From Rotaria socialis (Eukaryota), in assembly GCA_905331295.1 (NCBI GenBank), contig CAJNYD010000547.1:62001-107910 (forward strand): DNA of 45,910 nt, in the 5' to 3' direction. Shown piece after piece: positions 42,557-45,910 of the stretch. The number at the start of each line of letters is the position of its first letter. The first letter of the stretch is position 1. The notes below the pieces were generated by a model that saw only the letters and a program-made list of their open reading frames with translations, was not told where the DNA came from and ran no database searches. Position numbers and translations under genes: made by a program.

Positions 42557-43300
42557 ATGTTGATGGATGATTATAAATATTTATTTAAAGTTGTTCTTAT
42601 CGGTAATGCAAGTGTTGGAAAGACATGTCTAGTACGTCGATTTTGCCAAGATGTTTTTCCAACTGGACAAGCGGCAACTATTGGTGTTGATTTTCTAATC
42701 AAAACTGTTGAAGTTAACGGAGAAAAAATTAAAGTTCGTAAAGAAGATCACTATCTTTTTTGGCTTTTTAATGGTTCTCCTCGTTTATTTTAGCTTCAGA
42801 TATGGGACACAGCTGGACAAGAACGTTTTCGCTCAATCACTCAATCATACTATCGATCTGCCAATGCATTAATTATTGTTTTTGATATAAATAATCTTGC
42901 GACATTTTCAAGTCTTCCAGATTGGGTTCGCGAAGTAAAAGCTTATGCTAATAATGATGTTTTATGTACACTAGTTGGTTCGTACGAATTAATTTTCACT
43001 TCATTGAATACAGAAGAAGAAAAAACAATTATTTTTTATTTTTATTTAGGTAATAAATGTGACATTAATCAACGTGAGGTTCCAACACATGTAGCCGAAC
43101 AGTTTGCGGAAAAGAATGATATGTGGTATTTGGAAACATCAGCTAAAAACAGTGAGAATGTTGGTAAACTATTTCAAACAATAGCTGAAGAATTAACAAT
43201 GAAAGCAAGAGAATCGACAATAGGTGCATCAAATAGTGGACATGATTCATTTTTTAATGGAGATCAAAAAACCAAACCGGTGAAATCTAATTGCTGTTAG
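42557..43300 (+). CDS. RAB30: Rab GTPase, Rab30 subfamily
   Basis: DYKYLFKVVLIGNASVGKTCLVRRF..FPTGQAATIGVDF, WDTAGQERFRSITQSYYRSANA, GNKCD, ETSAK, C-terminal CC. Confidence 0.92.
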
Positions 43301-43914
43301 TGTGCGTAACAATGACATATTTCTTCCTATAATGCTCATTTATTAATAATTGCTTGTTCAGCGACAATTAGGGTAAGCTTCCTTTTTTTTATTACTCTCA
43401 ATTGTGCATTTATTACTCAATATGATCTGTTTGTTTTCTAATGCATAATCTGTTTGAAGAATCTCTGCTGTTTGTTTGTTTTGTTTTTTTGCTTCACAAA
43501 TTTTTTATGCATTTGTATAACTTTTTTTCGTTTTCGGTTGCTTTTCTCAAGAAGATTGAACTTAACTTCTATTCCTTTTCAACGTGCAAAATTCAAACAT
43601 GATAATTAAATAAGTTTAACACTAATAATAACAAGTTGTCTTTGAATATCATATCTAATAATACGAAAATCAGTTATTTCACCACGGAGTATTTTACATG
43701 AAATATCTCATCGGTATGGAAGGTGAAGGTGATCCTTGTCTTTATTGTCTCTTCTGAGAGCGACCAATCCCGTCATTGAACAACGATGTGTTTAGGCTGT
43801 TGTGAAAAGACACGTTGAGATTCTAACTAATATCTGCATACAACATCATCATCTTCACGGTTGTGTTCTAAAAATTCTGTAGTTGATCATTATATGTACA
43901 TATGATAAGTCCGT

Positions 43915-44131
43915 TGCATAATAAACATCAACTATATTATTATAAGTTCGAACAGTATTCGAATGGCTTGATGGGAGATGAGCAAGTTCAATTTGAACTG
44001 CTCTTTCATAATTTTCCAGTTGATATTTTGTTGTTGTTGCTTATTTGCCATAGTGATAATATTATGATATGAAGAATATTTGTGTAGTTTGGCTTATAAG
44101 ACTTCAATTTGATATCAAGAATTTTGTCATA
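43915..44131 (-). pseudogene. Decayed TPR-repeat gene fragment
   Basis: Frameshifted segments YDKILDIKLKSYKPNYTNI / SSYHNI and LENYERAVQIELAHLPSSHSNTVRTYNNIVDVYY fit 42-aa (kinesin-light-chain/TPR_12-type) TPR repeats. Confidence 0.55.
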
Positions 44132-44133
44132 AT

Positions 44134-44881
44134 CAGGGTTACCAGATCGAAAATTCAAAAATCGGAAAATTTTTTATTAGAATCGGAAAAATGCCGGAAT
44201 TTTTTCCCTAAAATCGGAAAAAAATCGGAAAGTGGTTTTTTAATGCTAAAATAGCTTATTTGTTTTTCCCTTGATAACACAATATCATTGATTCTGTTTC
44301 TGTTCATTTTTTCAATAATCTTAGAATCAATTTGATATAAAAATATAATCAAAACTTTTGATTCAAAAGTATAAAGTTTTACATACACATAAATTTTACA
44401 AAATTTGTATAAAAACACGCTAAAATTTATTAAACGTCACAATGTTTTTTCGCTCATATCCTTCAATATATCACGCTGAGTTAAAAGATATTTATACAAA
44501 TACTCGCTAGGATAATTAAAATTCATTCTGATTTTCAATTCTGCAGCAGCTAATTCAATATTCATTCCATAATGATAATCAAACCATAAATGTCTCATTA
44601 TGACTAAATATTCTTTCGACAAAAGGGTTTGCTCGTGGAATTGAAAAAATCTAACATATGAGTTTTTTCATATTTTATGTTGAATTAATTCGGACAATTA
44701 TTTAGTACGACAGACCATAATTGATCGGTTCGTATACGATTAAATTATCTTGGAGGGCTCAAAAAACTTAAATTTAAAAAAAATTCAAAAAACCGAAGAA
44801 AATCAGGAAATCGGAAAGTTATCGGGAAAAGATGCAAAAATCGGAATCTTTCCTGCAATATCGGAAGATCTGGACACCCTA
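44134..44881 (-). mobile_element. Non-autonomous, internally deleted hAT transposon
   Basis: TIRs CAGGGTTACCAGATC and GATCTGGACACCCTA; multiple subterminal ATCGGAA motifs at both ends. Minus-strand remnant IFSIPRANPFVERIFS (frameshift) MRHLW..MNIELAAAELKIRMNF at 44650-44437 matches the hAT C-terminal dimerisation motif. The 8-bp TSD is not preserved. Confidence 0.8.
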
Positions 44882-45910
44882 AACATGAACTACATACGTT
44901 TTGCTTCGTCTTTTTATGTGATAGTCCTAGGGTATTAATGAACAAATCTGAAACTATTTCATATTTTTAAAAGGTAGATGCATCGTTTTCATGGTTGTAT
45001 TTCAACACTCAATTGATTTCAAGCTATGAGTAGAAATATATTTGATTTTCAATTTAGATCACTTCCAGCAAGTTTCATTCCTTTGTTTTTTTTCCTAAGA
45101 TATACAATTATTTAAGTGACTAGAAATTTCCCCTAGCAATTATCTTAATCGAACTATTACAACGTTGTTTAGCTTCACGAAATTTTATATTTATAAGATC
45201 TGAGCAATACAAGTTGCGTTCGAATCAACTTCTGCTGAATCTTTTTATTCAAATTTCCGTTATAGAAAAAAAACTAAGGATACGAATTTGAGAATGAAAA
45301 TGTTGATCATCTATAAACAGTAAGCAAAACGAACGTTTTTATATGATTGTATTATCCATTTTCACGAAAATTTGACAACCGCGAAAAGCCTATAACATAT
45401 TCCACATCCTTTGGCCTTGAAGTTAGATAGTGTTACCACCAGTATTTTGTCTCATTTTAACAGCAACGATGTTTACATTCATACAATTCAGCATCAATAA
45501 GCAAACATATGCGGCCTTTTATTTAAATGATTGACTATTAAACATTTTTTGATTTTTAGGCTAAAGAATTTTCAAGATTTAATGAAACTTATGAATTTAA
45601 CCGTCAACTTTTTAATCATGTTTAAATCAACGCCAAGTCTGACTGCATGTAATCGACTAAGTGAAAAATATGATCCATATTTTACTTTGCCCAAGTCAAA
45701 TTCGACGGGAGAAATCGAAAAGAATTTGTAGCATATAGAGATCTTAATTTTAATAAAATCGTTTCAACGAGCATCAGGCGAAATTCCGTTCTTGAGATCA
45801 TCGCTTCGCATCGCATTAAATATAGTCCTTTTCTCCAGTTACATTCTCAATCGAAACGATGAAATCATTTTACTCTATGAAAATAATATTTGACTTATCG
45901 ATCATAAGTT

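Noticed and set aside
42600..42626. Rab30 P-loop GNASVGKT as a mutation
   Set aside because: Ser at this position occurs in normal Rabs such as Rab43 and Rab6.
45531..45731. 66-aa ORF near the right edge
   Set aside because: No motif, ATG start or consistent splice partners.

Overview
AT-rich, gene-dense eukaryotic (metazoan) DNA with many ~50-75 nt GT-AG introns. The intron style, gene content and repeat types resemble a bdelloid rotifer, but that is inference only. I can reconstruct about 18 protein-coding loci: a divergent ADAR-family deaminase (runs off the left edge), a Nudix hydrolase (3' end lost at a 100-N gap), an intronless amphiphysin-like BAR-SH3 gene, an uncharacterised putative zinc-binding protein, calcyphosin-like, two uncharacterised low-complexity loci flanking a solo LTR, TPR-less SGT1, CAF1/CNOT7, a Kunitz inhibitor, the RNR small subunit, a CAP/SCP protein, eIF3m, CBL, a ZDHHC palmitoyltransferase, SLC25A15, WDR24 and Rab30. 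Mobile DNA comprises two GC-richer foldback/MITE-like palindromes, a 523-bp solo LTR with a 5-bp TSD, and an internally deleted hAT element beside a decayed TPR gene. The most notable structure is a six-gene block. Two triplets (ZDHHC>CBL>eIF3m and SLC25A15>WDR24>Rab30) diverge from a 189-bp spacer. Within each triplet the genes are only 196-271 bp apart, with a splice acceptor before each downstream ATG, so these are candidate trans-spliced operons. No CRISPR, rRNA or tRNA was seen. Exon boundaries were read by eye and may be off by a few bases.
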